Part shown: positions 52,005 to 63,593 of the stretch, one piece after another
Numbering within the stretch: the first letter of the stretch is position 1
Layout: each line of letters starts with the position of its first letter
Assembly (NCBI GenBank): GCA_013416795.1
Contig: RQSC01000025.1
Coordinates: 346,858-410,857, forward strand
Length of the DNA stretch: 64,000 nt
Direction of reading: 5' to 3'
Origin: Prasinococcaceae sp. CCMP 1430
Taxonomy: Eukaryota > Plantae > Prasinodermophyta
Notes under the pieces: generated by a model
Databases searched by the model: none
Told to the model about the DNA's origin: nothing
The model's input: the letters and a program-made list of their open reading frames with translations, nothing else
Made by a program: the position numbers and the translations under genes

Positions 52005-54005
52005 ATGGCAGGGCTGCGGAGGGCTCGGAGGCGGGGCTTCTCGGATGGTCGCCTGCGGCCGGCGCGGGCAGTGGCAGTGGCAACAATGACAGCCTTGGCA
52101 GCTGCGGCTGCGGCCGCGCTCGTGGGCACGGCGGCGGGTGTGGCTGTTGGCAGCGAGGCTGCAGGAGACTTGGAGGCGGCGCTGGGCGAGGTCGCGGCGC
52201 AGCGCGTGCTGGCGGCCGGCGCGGCCGGGAGCGGCGAGCCGACGCTCTGCTACGCTTCGCTGCTCTACAGCGACACGTTCCTGCTGGGCGTGCGCGTGCT
52301 GGGCCAGTCGCTGCGGGAGCGCACGTCCCGGCACCACCCCAAGATCGCGCTCGTGGCGGACAACGTGAGCGAGCGCGCCGCGGGGGTGCTCAGAAACGAC
52401 GGCTGGCGGGTCGTGCGGACGTCCCTGGTCGGCAATCCGAACCCCAGCGGGTCATACCCGGCCCGCTTCTTCGGCATGTACACCAAGCTCGCCACGTTCG
52501 GCCTCCATTCGCAGGGATGTGACAGAGTGATGTACCTCGACGGCGACACGCTCGCCGTGAACAAGGGCCCTGACGACGCGCTCGAGCAGTGTCCCGGGTT
52601 CTGTGCGAACCTCAAGCACTCCGATCGATTCAACGGCGGGGTGGAGGTGCTGACGCCATCGAGCGAGACGCACCGCCGCGTGATGGACGCGATCAAGACC
52701 GTCCACAGCTACACGGGCGGCGACCAGGGGATGATAAACGGCGTGTTCTCCGCCATGCCAGATGCCCCGCTCATCGGCGGCGAGCAGATGAGGGCGCTCT
52801 CCGCGAAGCACGCGCTGCCCACCCAGCACGGGCAGCAGCTCGCGCGCCTGCCGGCGGGATACAACGCGGACGTCGGGCTCTACATCTTGCCTGGCAATCG
52901 ATGGGCGCACGAGGGCGGAGCCGCGGCGGTGCGCGTCCTGCACTTCACGCTGGGGCCGCTCAAACCGTGGGATTGGTGGGCAGGCTGGATCTCGCCGCCG
53001 TTCGCCACGCTCGGGTGGCGCGAGGCGCGCGCGCGGCTCCCGCCCGAGCCACCGGCCCATGGCCTGGTCGGCGCAGCCCTCGCCGGCGGTCGTGGGGAGG
53101 GCGCCTATCTGCTCCTGCTCGCCGCCATGCCGCTGCTGCTGGTCGCGTGGGCAACGCGCCGCTGGCTGGCTGTGTCGTACGCGGCGGCCGCCGGCCGTGG
53201 CGGCGGGGCGCGATCGATGTGGGTGATGTGGGCGGCCAAGCTCGCCGAGGGTGACACGCGCGTGTGCATCGCGGGCGCACGCACGGCGGCAGGAGTTGGC
53301 GGTACCGAGTCGTCGGGGGCAGGCGCTTCTCCTAGCGCCCCTTCAGCAGCGTCCGTCCTGGCCCACTCGCCCTCGCAACACGCCCTCCCAGTGTGGCTGC
53401 CGGCCGCGTCCATCGGTGGCGTGCTGGCCTGCGTGGGTGTTGCCATCGGCGCGCCCGCGCTCCTGATCCCTTCAACGACGATCCCCTGGCGCGCGTGGGT
53501 GCTCGTGTACATCTGGTTTCTTTGCGTTGGCGGCGTGCTCCTGCACTCCGCCCTCCAGCTTCTGCGCGCGACCGGCACACGTGCAGGAAGGAAACGCCGC
53601 GCCCAGCGCATGCAACACGGCGCCGGCCAGCAGGCCTCCACGACGGCGACGCCAGCGACCCGGCGCTCAACCGCGCCTGTGTTGCCGAGCCCGCAGCCGC
53701 TGGGGGATGCGCTCGTGCTCTTCGCCACCGTCGGCACATGTGCAACGCTCGCGCCGTGGACGTCCACCTTCCTGGGCATAAAGACGATGATTCCTAACAT
53801 CGTTGGGCTTGTCGTCGGCGGTGTTGCCACGCTCTTTGCTCTGGTCCTCGTCGCACCCCCGGCCGGGATTGCATGGTACTCCTCGGGGTATTGGGCGGGT
53901 CTGCTGGGGACGACGGACATGACGGCGCCACTTGGGACGTGCACTTCCCCGTCTTTGAGCCCTGGCAAGCGGGCTCCCGCGGAAGGCAGCGCCTGGAAAG
54001 TGTAA
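52005..54005 (+). CDS. IPUT1: GT8 glycogenin-like inositol phosphorylceramide glucuronosyltransferase (IPUT1/PGSIP6-like), 666 aa
   Basis: YASLLYSDTFLLGVRVLGQS, NPNP...RFFGMYTKL, YLDGD (DXD), FCANLKHSDRFNGGV, SYTGGDQG, YNADVGLY and LHFTLGPLKPWDWW closely follow plant IPUT1. Multiple C-terminal TM segments. Confidence 0.9.
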   Translation: MAGLRRARRRGFSDGRLRPARAVAVATMTALAAAAAAALVGTAAGVAVGSEAAGDLEAALGEVAAQRVLAAGAAGSGEPTLCYASLLYSDTFLLGVRVLGQSLRERTSRHHPKIALVADNVSERAAGVLRNDGWRVVRTSLVGNPNPSGSYPARFFGMYTKLATFGLHSQGCDRVMYLDGDTLAVNKGPDDALEQCPGFCANLKHSDRFNGGVEVLTPSSETHRRVMDAIKTVHSYTGGDQGMINGVFSAMPDAPLIGGEQMRALSAKHALPTQHGQQLARLPAGYNADVGLYILPGNRWAHEGGAAAVRVLHFTLGPLKPWDWWAGWISPPFATLGWREARARLPPEPPAHGLVGAALAGGRGEGAYLLLLAAMPLLLVAWATRRWLAVSYAAAAGRGGGARSMWVMWAAKLAEGDTRVCIAGARTAAGVGGTESSGAGASPSAPSAASVLAHSPSQHALPVWLPAASIGGVLACVGVAIGAPALLIPSTTIPWRAWVLVYIWFLCVGGVLLHSALQLLRATGTRAGRKRRAQRMQHGAGQQASTTATPATRRSTAPVLPSPQPLGDALVLFATVGTCATLAPWTSTFLGIKTMIPNIVGLVVGGVATLFALVLVAPPAGIAWYSSGYWAGLLGTTDMTAPLGTCTSPSLSPGKRAPAEGSAWKV

Positions 54006-54162
54006 AACGAGACCGTGCGCTCGCGAGAGCGATCCGTCGGCGAGAGCACGAGCGCGCACGCGTGGCCAATGGCAGGGCGCATGCGCGCGCGCGCGTGCTT
54101 CGGCGGCAGGCAAGCGCGATCGTCCAGTGCGTGTGCGCAATGTGCGATATTATTGCCTGCCC

Positions 54163-55820
54163 CTATTCGGCACCCCCCGACGACTCGTACGGCGCCCAGA
54201 TGGCGGCGTACTGCGCGAAGCCCGCGAGCGCGCCCAGCAGGCCGCCCACCACGATCAGCTTGATCTCATCCTCCTCGAACGCCGGGTGCAGCACGCGCTC
54301 GAAGTCGCGGCTTGGAAGAACGCGCAGCTTCTCGCGCACCTCCGCCTCGAGGTCGAGCGCGCGGTCCATGTGTTCGTGCGTCGCCTCGTGATGCTCGGCC
54401 AGCATGCGCATGGTGCTCGACGCAAGCGCCTTGGTGAGCGCGGTCCAGCCGTCCGATCCAAGGTAGGCCACCAGCAGCGCCTTGGCTCCGCCCAGCCGCT
54501 CGTCGGCCAGCTCGCAGGCCTTGCGCGCCACCAGCGCCTCGAAGTCGGCCGCTTGGTGCCACGCAGCAGCTCAGGCCAGATTTCGGACGCGTTGAGGTAA
54601 AACTCGGCGTTCGTGCGGGCGAACTCGGCGGAGACCTCCTCCTGGCGCGTGAGGAAGACGCCCTGCCAGCGCTTGCCGCACACGTTGATGGGTTCGACAG
54701 GGTTGAAGATGATGAACAGCGCCACCCAATTGGTGGCGTATCCCACCAGGAAGCCGAAGAGCGGAAGCACCCACCACGGATTGTAGAACCACGCCACCAG
54801 CGCCTGCACGAGGCCGAACAGGAAGCCGAACGCCAGGCCCGAATGAATGATCAGCGGGAACTCCTTGGTGCCGCAGCGTTGGAAGAGCTGCGAGCGTGCG
54901 GGAACGCGGTGGATGTCGCGCGCGCGCGCGCGAGAGAGAGCGCGCGCAAGGCGCGCACGCGCGGCAGGTCGCGTCAGCGCTCCGCGCTAGGGGAACGGAG
55001 TCGGATGCGCGGGTCGCCATCTACGCCAGTGCGCGAACAGCGTCCGCACGCGTTCGCGCGCGCTCGGCGCGACCCGGTGCAAGCTGGCGTCGCGCACCTG
55101 GACTGCGCGCAGCTTGTGCTCGTACGCCAGCCGCTGCACCATCGCCTTGATGTCCAGCACGGAGGTGACGTCCGCCTGTACCTCGCCAAAGACGGAGCGT
55201 ATGAGATCAGGTGCGACCGCGGTAGCCTCGCGTGCGACCTCCGCTCGCACCTCCGTTGGCAGCGCGGCCCACACATCCGCGGTGGGCGCGCCCTCCTCGC
55301 CCGCGATGCCATCGAGCAGAGCGGGCATGGCCTCAGCGATGCCCGGCCCCAACAAGCGCGCGAGCTCGGCGGGATCGACGCGCCCGAAGACTGCCTTCAC
55401 ATCGAGCAGTTTGTCCAGCATCAGGTCAACCATGATGCCCGCCATGTGGCGCACCTTGGCCGGGATGATGCCCTGCCAGCCGAACAGGCCAAAGGGGGAG
55501 CCCTCGAGCTGCCACCCCTTGAGCGGCCAGAACTCCAGCGGGTAGAAGGTCATCTGGATTGCCAGCCAGTTGGTACCCCAGCCGACCAGCCCCGACACAA
55601 CGGGGACGACGATCCACATCCACCACACCTTGGTACCGAGGTCGTCATCGCCGCCGCCGTCTGCGTCCGCCGCGCCGAAGGCGTCGGAGGCGGGGAGAAC
55701 AGTCAGGTCAGCTCTGTTCTGCGGCTGCAAAGGCTCTCGCGCTCGTGCTGGTGCGTGTGCTCGCGCTCGCGCTCGCACCTTCCCCTCCCCCGCCGTCGGC
55801 CGCGCCGATTGCTTCGACAT
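54163..55820 (-). CDS. DUF445-family membrane protein, multi-exon; first exon uncertain
   Basis: Two related repeats (GLVGWGTNWLAIQMTFYP...GWQGIIPAK and GFLVGYATNWVALFIIFNP...WQGVFL) and C-terminal DFERVLHPAFEEDEIKLIVVGGLLGALAG. Confidence 0.85.
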
Positions 55821-56377
55821 CGGCCTCAGAGAGCCAGCGCATGGCGAGGGGCAGCAGACGTCCCCTCTATCCCCCCCCCTTCTACCCACCCCGCGCGCCG
55901 TGCAGGCTGTGCACGGGCGCGGGCCCCCCGCCCGGACGCGTGCGCCTGCGCGCACTTGCGCGCGTGGGGCGACTGCGCGCGCGGTACCGCGCGCGGTGCC
56001 GGGCACGCCTGCGCACCGCGCGTATGGCACGCGGCGGCAGGCGCTCGCACCCCACGCACGCCCGTGGTCGATTGCGTCCCGTCCGCGCACGCCCTGCTGC
56101 CTGCCTGCCTGCCTGCGCACGCCCGCGCCCGCCCTCGCGCACGCGCTGGGTGCGTTCCCCAGAGCTCGGCGAGGCTGGCAATTTCGCGGAATGCGTGCAC
56201 TGCTCTACCCGTCACAAATGTGTGTATTACAATGTGTATCCTTCGAATCCGCGGCAACGAAATCGACCGCCCCAGACGACCGTTTTTAACGAGTTTTGGG
56301 CGTATTTTGGGTCGAAATTCCGCGAAAAGTCGCACCGGAAAAAGGCGGCCAGTGCAGCGCCCACCCGGGCACATGGC

Positions 56378-57631
56378 TCAGCGCTGCGAGGTGAGGATGT
56401 CGACCGCGCGGGCCACGTCGCCGCCGCTCGCCTCAAGGGCGTGCGCTGCGCGGCCAGAGTCGAAGCCCATCGACCGAAGGCTCGCGAGGGCCTCCGAAAC
56501 GGGCGCCGACGTGGCGCTGTTCGCCGCCAGCCCCCCGCCGTCGCCCGCTCGGGAGGCGCGTGGCCTGCTGCTACTGCCGCCGCCGCTGCCGCTGCTGTCG
56601 CCGCTGTCCCTGCTCTCCTTGGCAGGCCGTACAGCAGTCGGCTGCTTCTGTGCACGCAGCTCGGCAGCTCGGCCCGCGAGCGCAGACACGCTGCCCCCAC
56701 CGAGCTTGTCCGCCGACACTGCCGCGAAGGCAGCATCGCCAGTCGTCAGTGCCGTCCCTGGGAAAGTGCCACCGCCGGGCGCGCCCGAAGTGCCGGCGCC
56801 CGCGCTACCCGAGCCACCGCCGGACGCCCACGTGGGCAGTAAGGCCCCGCTGCCCCACCCCGCGCGCGTGCCTCCCGCCATCGCGGGCACGTACGCACCC
56901 ACGCCCAATGCCGCGCCGCAGCGCTGCGCCCATTGCGCCTGCTCGAGCCGCGCGAGAGCCGCGTCGGACGGGAGCGCCCACTCGAGGTAGCCCTTCGCGA
57001 ACAGCCAGCCAGCAAGGAGCCCGCTCAGGTGGCCGAGGAAGCTCACCTGCGGCAGCATCAGGCTCCACAAGAGCAGCAACGCCCAGGGATAGGCCCACGC
57101 TTGCACCTCGAACCACCCCATCACCGAGCGCGTGCTGGCGGCGCCAGTCGCAACCTCGATGCTTACCGCGGCGAACACAATGCCGGAGAAGCCCACGGCG
57201 CACTGATAGTAGCCCTGCGGGTACGTCGCCAGGCCTCCGAGCGACGGGTGGCCCAGTGCCGCGCCGAGCGCCGCGTCGGTCGCGCCGGCGACCGCGGCGA
57301 GCAGCGGCAGCGCACACGCGAACCGCGCCGTGCCGAGCCTCCGCTCGACCGCGCCGCCGATGCCACCGAAGCTCAGCACATTGAAGAACACATGCAGCGC
57401 GCCAATGTGGAACAGCGGGGAGGTGAATGCACGCCACACCTGGCCCTTGCTCACCGCCAAGTACGGAGACATGCACACCGCGCCGTAGTCATCCCACCCG
57501 GCGAACGCCTGCGCAACGAAGACGGCCACCAGAGCGCACACCACGAGGAGCGTCGCGGTGGGCGTCGCCGATGCGAGCGCGCGCGCGCGCTCGGGGAGGC
57601 CGCCGCCGCCACCACCACCGCCACGCTGCAT
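56378..57631 (-). CDS. Rhomboid-like intramembrane protease with C-terminal UBA domain (plant RBL15-like), 417 aa
   Basis: GQVWRAFTSPLFHIGALHVFFN, catalytic GFSG, SFLGHLSG (His), and UBA ALASLRSMGFDSGRAAHALEASGGDVARAVDIL. Confidence 0.92.
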   Translation of the reverse strand: MQRGGGGGGGGLPERARALASATPTATLLVVCALVAVFVAQAFAGWDDYGAVCMSPYLAVSKGQVWRAFTSPLFHIGALHVFFNVLSFGGIGGAVERRLGTARFACALPLLAAVAGATDAALGAALGHPSLGGLATYPQGYYQCAVGFSGIVFAAVSIEVATGAASTRSVMGWFEVQAWAYPWALLLLWSLMLPQVSFLGHLSGLLAGWLFAKGYLEWALPSDAALARLEQAQWAQRCGAALGVGAYVPAMAGGTRAGWGSGALLPTWASGGGSGSAGAGTSGAPGGGTFPGTALTTGDAAFAAVSADKLGGGSVSALAGRAAELRAQKQPTAVRPAKESRDSGDSSGSGGGSSSRPRASRAGDGGGLAANSATSAPVSEALASLRSMGFDSGRAAHALEASGGDVARAVDILTSQR

Positions 57632-57749
57632 CGCGGGGGGGAGCGCAACGGCCGCACCGCGGCTGTTCGCCCGCCGCGCCGCGGGCGCGCAGTGACGCGA
57701 GGCGACGCGCGCCAGCGCGCGCGCGTCGAGCTGTCACGAGCCCGCGCGG

Positions 57750-59608
57750 ATGGGGGCCAGGGACCGTCGTCGACCCCGCTACACGCTGCGTGGGCCTCCG
57801 AGCGCGCAGCAGCCGCCGCCGCCGCCGCGTGTGCATCGCGCGCCGGCGGCTGGTCGCGCCGCCCGTGCGACCCCGCGATCGACGGCGGCGAGGATGCGTG
57901 CCATCCGCTCGAGAAAAGCGCGCGCCTCAGCTGGGGGGTGTACGCATGGGGTGACGAGGGCGGCGGCGGCGGCGGTGGCTGCGACCCCTTCGGAACGCGC
58001 GGGCGGTATCTCGATGCCGCCGCCGCGCGAGCGGTGCTGCGCGGCCGGCGGCTCCTCTTCGCCGGCAATAGCGTGCTCCGGCAGGCGATGTGGGCGGCTG
58101 TCGATTCCGCGCAGGGCGCCGCGCACCGGCGCACCGTGCAGTGGGCCGAGCGCGCGGGCGGGCAGGGTGCGCGCTGGATGGGCTCCATCGAGGCCGACGC
58201 CGAGGCGGCAGGCGGCCACGCGGTCATCTACGACAACCCCGACTACAATCACGTGGCGCAGTTCGCGCCGATCGACCTCTCCGACGCGCCTGGGGTTGTC
58301 CCGGCCGACCCCCGCGAGGGCGAGCGGCCGGAGTGGCGCATGCCCCAGAGCAGCTACGCGGACTCGCTATGCAACGTCAGCGACGCAATTCCGGGGCGCC
58401 TGCACGAGCGCGTGCCGGGCGAGAACCTGCCCTCGCGCGAGGAGCTGGCCGAGTGCCGACGTCAGTGCCGCGTGTCGCAGGGGCTCTACTGCCCGCGCGG
58501 GACGCGCCCTGCCGCACTCGCGGACAGCACGCGCTGCAAGGCGGGCGCGGGCGTCCAAGCGTGCTTCTTGTACGCGTTCACCGAGGACGGCGCGCTGCCC
58601 AGCCTGCCGTGGGAGCTGCTTGAGCTGCCGCGCGGCAGCGAGGAGCGCCACGTTGGCACGGGCGCCGACGTGGTGGTAGTGCAGATGCGCAGGCCGGAGG
58701 GCGCGCTGGCAATGATGGAGGTGCGGTCGCGGTCGCGGTCGCGCGCGAACATGCTCGTTCGCCGCACCTGCGAGCGCGCGCTTGCACAGACACGCGCGCT
58801 CGCGCTGATGCTTTGCTTTCCGTCCTCTTCCCTCCCCCCTCCACCACACGCACACGCACACACACACCCCTCGCCGCCCGTTCCCACCAACGCACCCCTC
58901 GCGTGCGGGCAGGCCATACGCATGCTACGCGATGACGCCGCGCAAGGCCTTCGCGCGTGGCCGCACGCGTGCACGCGCTTCCTGTACTTCGAGGTGCGTC
59001 GCGGCATGGCGCGCGCGCAGACCACACCGTTCTCGCGACCTGCCGTGCTCTGACGCGCCGCGTCCCCGCCTGCGCTCGCGCGCGCGCTCGTGCGTTGTGC
59101 GTTGGGCTCGTGCGCGCCGCGCAGCCCACGCACTGCAAAAGCTGCGCGGTGCCCACAGCTGCGGTGCGCGCGACGATTGCGCGAGCGGCCGCCGAGGCCG
59201 GCGTGGGCGTCGTGCCGCTCACGAACGCAACCATCCAGGGCATTGAAGGTGCGCGCGCGCGCGCGCGCGGGCCGCGTCGTCGTGCGCTGCGCGCGCTGAG
59301 CCCTGGCCCTCTGCGCGCGCGCGTGTGCGGGGAGGACGCGCACGCCGGACGTGCGCGCGCGCGTGCTCACGCCTTTGTGCGCGCACCCTCTCGCGCCCCA
59401 ACGCGTGCGCGCGCGTGCTCGATGGCCCTCCCGCACGCGCCGTGACACAGGGGGCTTCCTGCACCACGAGGTTGAGAACGGCCTGCACTACCTCGACAGC
59501 GGGCGCGAATTCGCCGCGCAGATGGTGCTACAGACGCTCTCGTGGATGGACGCCGCCGAGGCCGGCCCGTGCGCGCACGGACGCGCGGCGCGCGACCTCG
59601 CGGTCTAA
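57750..59608 (+). CDS. SGNH/PC-esterase-like (TBL-type) protein; introns 58721-58912, 58994-59124 and 59249-59450; start unresolved
   Basis: CDP...AARAVLRGRRLLFAGNSVLRQ resembles the GDS block I of PC-esterases; the last exon has ENGLHY in place of DxxH. The three introns join in consistent phase. ATG 57750 is not in the main frame. Confidence 0.6.
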
Positions 59609-59673
59609 TCACTCGGTCAGTCTCTCCGAATCAATACTGTACACTGACTGACTGGCGCGTCGTCGTGGCGCCG

Positions 59674-60270
59674 TCACCGCCACTGCGGCTGCTCGAGGAG
59701 CAGCACCTCGGCCTCCTCGGCGCTGAGAGCGCGCGAGCACGCCGCCTGCACGAGCTCGCGCGCGCTGGCGAGGCCCTCGTGCCGCCAGAGCTCGGCGCCG
59801 TCGCGGAAGAGGAAGGTCGTCTGCGGGCGGGCGCGTGCGGCGCATCTGACGTGAGCGGACGGGGCGGCGCACTCGTGGCGCGCGGGGGCGCGCGAGGGTG
59901 TGGCGAGCGCGCGCGCGGGCGGCGGGGGCGTACCGGGTACACCTCCACGCCGAGGCGCGTCGCCAGCTCCGGAAAGTCGTCCGCGTCGAGCTTGCCGACT
60001 GCGCTCGACGCAGTCGCGCGGGGGCGCAATGGGCGCGTGCGTGCATGCGTCAGCGCGCGCGCGATCCCTCGACGCTTGGCGCGAGCGCTCGCGCTCCGCC
60101 GGCCCCCCCTCCCCTTCCACGCGCGCACCTTCGACCACGTCTTCGAGCGCCTCCGCCGTCGCCTCCAGCTCTGGTGCGAGCGCCGCGCACGGACCGCACC
60201 AGCGCGTGCCAACCGAGAGCAGCGCCGGCGCGCCGCCGAGGAGCTCGCACTCGGCGCGCTCGCCATCCCA
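59674..60270 (-). CDS. Thioredoxin with WCGPC active site, at least 3 exons; 5' exon unresolved
   Basis: TGG TGC GGT CCG TGC at 60201-60187. Following exons read VGKLDADDFPELATRLGVEVYP and TTFLFRDGAELWRHEGL (cis-Pro YPT position). Confidence 0.85.
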   Translation of the reverse strand, partial: WDGERAECELLGGAPALLSVGTRWCGPCAALAPELEATAEALEDVVEGARVEGEGGPAERERSRQASRDRARADACTHAPIAPPRDCVERSRQARRGRLSGAGDAPRRGGVPGTPPPPARALATPSRAPARHECAAPSAHVRCAARARPQTTFLFRDGAELWRHEGLASARELVQAACSRALSAEEAEVLLLEQPQWR

Positions 60271-60592
60271 CTGCAGCAGGCCGCGCGCGCGCGCTGGGGA
60301 GCGACGGGCGCGCGGGCCCGCAGGCGCGGGCGGGTCGGGCGGAGGGTGCGATGGCCCCCGAGCAGGCGCGCGCGGCGCCGCTCCGCCCCACAGACCGCGT
60401 CATCCCCCGCCCGCCCGCCCACCCGGGGGCGGGGGGCGCTCGCTCTCCCTCTCCCTCCCTCTCCCTCTCTCTCTCTCTCGCGCGCGGTGTGTGGCGCACC
60501 CAGCGCACGCCGCATGTCCCGGTGCGCCCGCCTCCCTCGGATCCGGATCCTGCTCCTGCCCCGGTACACATCATCCCATTAGAGCTCAAATC

Positions 60593-60657
60593 TACCCACG
60601 GGCGATCAAATAAATACATCAACTGTATGGTAGCATCAAGTATACCCACGGGCGATC
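60593..60657. repeat. 15-bp direct repeat TACCCACGGGCGATC x2 (50-bp period) in the divergent promoter between thioredoxin and the carrier gene
   Basis: Copies at 60593-60607 and 60643-60657 with an AT-rich spacer. Confidence 0.85.
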
Positions 60658-61110
60658 GATTTTTTTTGCCGGGCGCCCGGGCTCGTCCCGTGTGCGAACT
60701 GATGGCCGGCCGCGCCGGCGACGCGTCGGCGCTGCCGGGCGGGGTAAAGGGCAAAAAAAAAAGCAGCAGAACTTCTTCCTTCCCCGAAGAAGAATGGTCA
60801 CCCTCCCCCGAAGTCGACGGACACACCGGGGTCGGCGGATCAGGGTGTACTGGGTTGCACAGTCCGCACCAGGTGAGGTGGCCATCCCCCCCCACACCCA
60901 CCCACCAATTGAATGAAAAAACGGCGCGGCGGAGCGCGCGCGCGTTCTCGCCGGCGCGCGCGCGACGCTGGGTCGTTTTTGGGGTCGCCGACGGCCCTCG
61001 CGGAAGCGCCTTTTTTTTTTAGGGCCCTGCCGCGCGGGCGGCGGGGCTCGCCGGGCCGCGCAAAGAGGCGTGGGCGAGGGTGAGTTCCGCGGGGAGGGAG
61101 AGCGGGCGAG

Positions 61111-62627
61111 ATGTCGCCCGCCGCCGACGGCGGGGCGAGCGTGCCCTTGGCGGGCAAGGCGCTCGCGGCGGGCAGCGCGGCGGTCGTGAGCGCCGTGCTC
61201 ATGAACCCGTTCCAGCTGGTGTCGACGCGCATGCAGGCGGCCGGAGCAGGGGCGTACCGCGGCGTGGCGGCGTGCGGATGCGGCGCCGGCGGCGCCGGCG
61301 GCGCGGCCAACGCGGCGAGGGTGGTGGAAACGCGAGCGGCGTTCGGGTCCCTCGCGGCTGCCAAGGTGCGATCGCCGGCTGACGCGCGAGGCACGGCCCT
61401 GTCGGAATGGCGCGCTCGCGGCTGTCCTCCTCGTCGTCTCGCGCGTGCGCTGGCGTGCGCTGACGCGCCTACCCGCTGCGCGCGCGCGCGCGCCATCCCC
61501 CCGCGCGCGCTCGCCCGCGCGCGAACTGGGCTGGCGCGCTCCCAGATGCCGTGCGGCGCCCTGCCGGCGCACTGCGCGGTCATCGCGCCGGGCGACGGCG
61601 CCCTCGGCGCGCTCTCAAAGATCGTCCGCCACGAGGGCGTCGCCCAGCTCTGGCGCGGCACGTCGGCGTCGCTCGCGATGGCCGTGCCGCTCGTGGGTGT
61701 CTACATGCCGTGCTATGAGGCGCTGAGAGAGGTGCGTGCGCTGAGCGCGGAGGCGTGACCGTCGGAGCTCTCTCTCTCTCTCTCTCTCTCGCGCGCATGC
61801 CCCCCCCCCTCCCCCCCCGCATCGTGTGCCAACAACCGCCGCACGGGCGCTGTGGCTGACACCGCCGCGCGCGTGCCCCTGCGCGCCTGCCGCGCGCGCC
61901 CCGTCCGCAACGGCAGGCACTTCTGGAGCGCGGGGCGAACGACAAGGCCGCGCCGTTGCTCGCAGGCGCCATCTCCCGCACGCTCGCTGTGAGCGTGGTC
62001 GCTCCCATCGACTTCGCGCGCACGCGCCTGCAGGCGGAGGCGGCGGCCGCGGCGGCGGCGCGCGGGGGTGCCGGCGGCGGCGCGATGCGAGGGTCCGGGG
62101 TGAGCGGCGGCGGCGTGGTCAAGGTCTTCGAGCAGTTTCTGAGGCGCGCGGACCGCCGAGGCTACGACCTGAGCCCGGGCCGAGTGCGCGCCCTCTGGAC
62201 CGGGATCGGGCCCACGCTCATGCGCGACGTGCCGTTCTCCGCGCTGTACTGGGCGGGCGTCGAGGGCGTGCGCGAGGGCATCACGCGCGGGCGAGAGGGC
62301 CGCGGGCTGCCCACGACGCCCGCGGACGCCGCGGCCATCAACATGGCGGCGGGCACCGCCTCGGGCGCGCTCGCCGCGCTGGTGACCACGCCGCTCGACG
62401 TGGTGAAGACGCGCCTGCAGGTGCGCATCGCCGCCGACGCGGAGGGCTTTCGCTCGCGCGGCGAGCTGGCGGCGACCGCGGGCGAGCTGCGGGCGGTGGC
62501 GCGCGAGGGCGGCGTGTCGGCGCTCTTCACGGGCGTGGTGCCGCGCGTCGCGCGGCTGGCGCCCAGCTGCGGCATCGTGCTGGTGAGCTACGAGGTCGTC
62601 AAGCGCACGTTCGGGCCCGCGGCCTGA
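61111..62627 (+). CDS. Mitochondrial carrier, SLC25A39/40 (Mtm1-like) subfamily, 3 exons
   Basis: MNPFQLVSTRMQA, IVRHEGVAQLWRGT...MAVP...YMPCYE, VAPIDFARTRLQA, LWTGIGPTLMRDVPFSALYW, TTPLDVVKTRLQ and LFTGVVPRVARLAPSCGIVLVSYE. Confidence 0.9.
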
Positions 62628-62711
62628 GCGCGCTGGGGTGGCAGGCGCGCGCGGGCGCTCCCTCCTCCGTGGTAATAAGTGTACGATTCTTTCGCGGCGG
62701 AGCGCACGCGC

Positions 62712-63341
62712 TCAGCGGCGCTTGCCCTTGCCCCTGCCCATGCTCTTGCCGCCGCCCTTCTTGGCGCGCTTGGCCATGGAGCCCGCGCTCTCCCACTTGA
62801 CCCCCGTCTTGGTGGCCCCCTTGGCGGCGGACGTGCCGCTGCCGAAGCCGGTGGCGCCCGCGCGCTCGCCCTCGGGCGGCGTCGCGCCGAACTCGTCGTT
62901 GGGCCCGGGGAGGGCCGCGTCCAGCTTGTCGACCCGCCTGAAGGAGCGGCTGTACATGCGATCGACGTACAGCGTGCCGTCCAGGTGGTCGACCTCGTGC
63001 TGCAAGATGCGCGCCATCCAGCCCTTCGCGACGAAGTCGACGTCGTTGCCCTTGTGGTCGAGCCCCGTGCACCTCACCTCGAGGTGCCTCTCGACCAGCC
63101 CGCGGTAGCCCGGCACGCTCAGGCAGCCCTCGAAGAAGACGGCCGTCCTGTTCCCGACGGGCTCGAGCACGGGGTTTACTATCACCTTGGCGGCGAAGGC
63201 CTCGCGCCGCTGCGCCTTGACGACCTCCGGGTCCATCTTGTCGATCTCGTCTTGCACGTCCTCCAGCACGATCACGCGCGACGGGATGCCCACCTGCGGC
63301 GCGGCGAGGCCCACCCCGCGCGGCGAGGTGCCGGGTATCCC
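62712..63341 (-). CDS. PDF1A: Peptide deformylase 1A-type, last exon; 5' exons lie in or beyond the N gap
   Basis: Motifs GVGLAAPQ, EGCLS and QHEVDHL. The long insertion between motif I and VIVNP and the GWMARI segment are typical of PDF1A. Confidence 0.92.
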   Translation of the reverse strand, partial: GIPGTSPRGVGLAAPQVGIPSRVIVLEDVQDEIDKMDPEVVKAQRREAFAAKVIVNPVLEPVGNRTAVFFEGCLSVPGYRGLVERHLEVRCTGLDHKGNDVDFVAKGWMARILQHEVDHLDGTLYVDRMYSRSFRRVDKLDAALPGPNDEFGATPPEGERAGATGFGSGTSAAKGATKTGVKWESAGSMAKRAKKGGGKSMGRGKGKRR

Positions 63342-63470
63342 CTTTTTGGTTTTGGTTGGGTTGGGTTGGGTTGGTTGGGGGCGCCGCGCAGGGGATGGTT
63401 GGCGGGCGCGTCAGCTCTGCTGCTGCGCGCGCCGTCGCGCGAGGCGTGCGCGGTCGGCGCGCGTCCCCCC

Positions 63471-63593
63471 NNNNNNNNNNNNNNNNNNNNNNNNNNNNNN
63501 NNNNNNNNNNNNNNNNNNNNNNNNNNNNNNNNNNNNNNNNNNNNNNNNNNNNNNNNNNNNNNNNNNNNNNNNNNNNNNNNNNNNNNNNNNNNN
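63471..63593. other. Assembly gap (123 N)
   Basis: Run of N. Confidence 1.
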
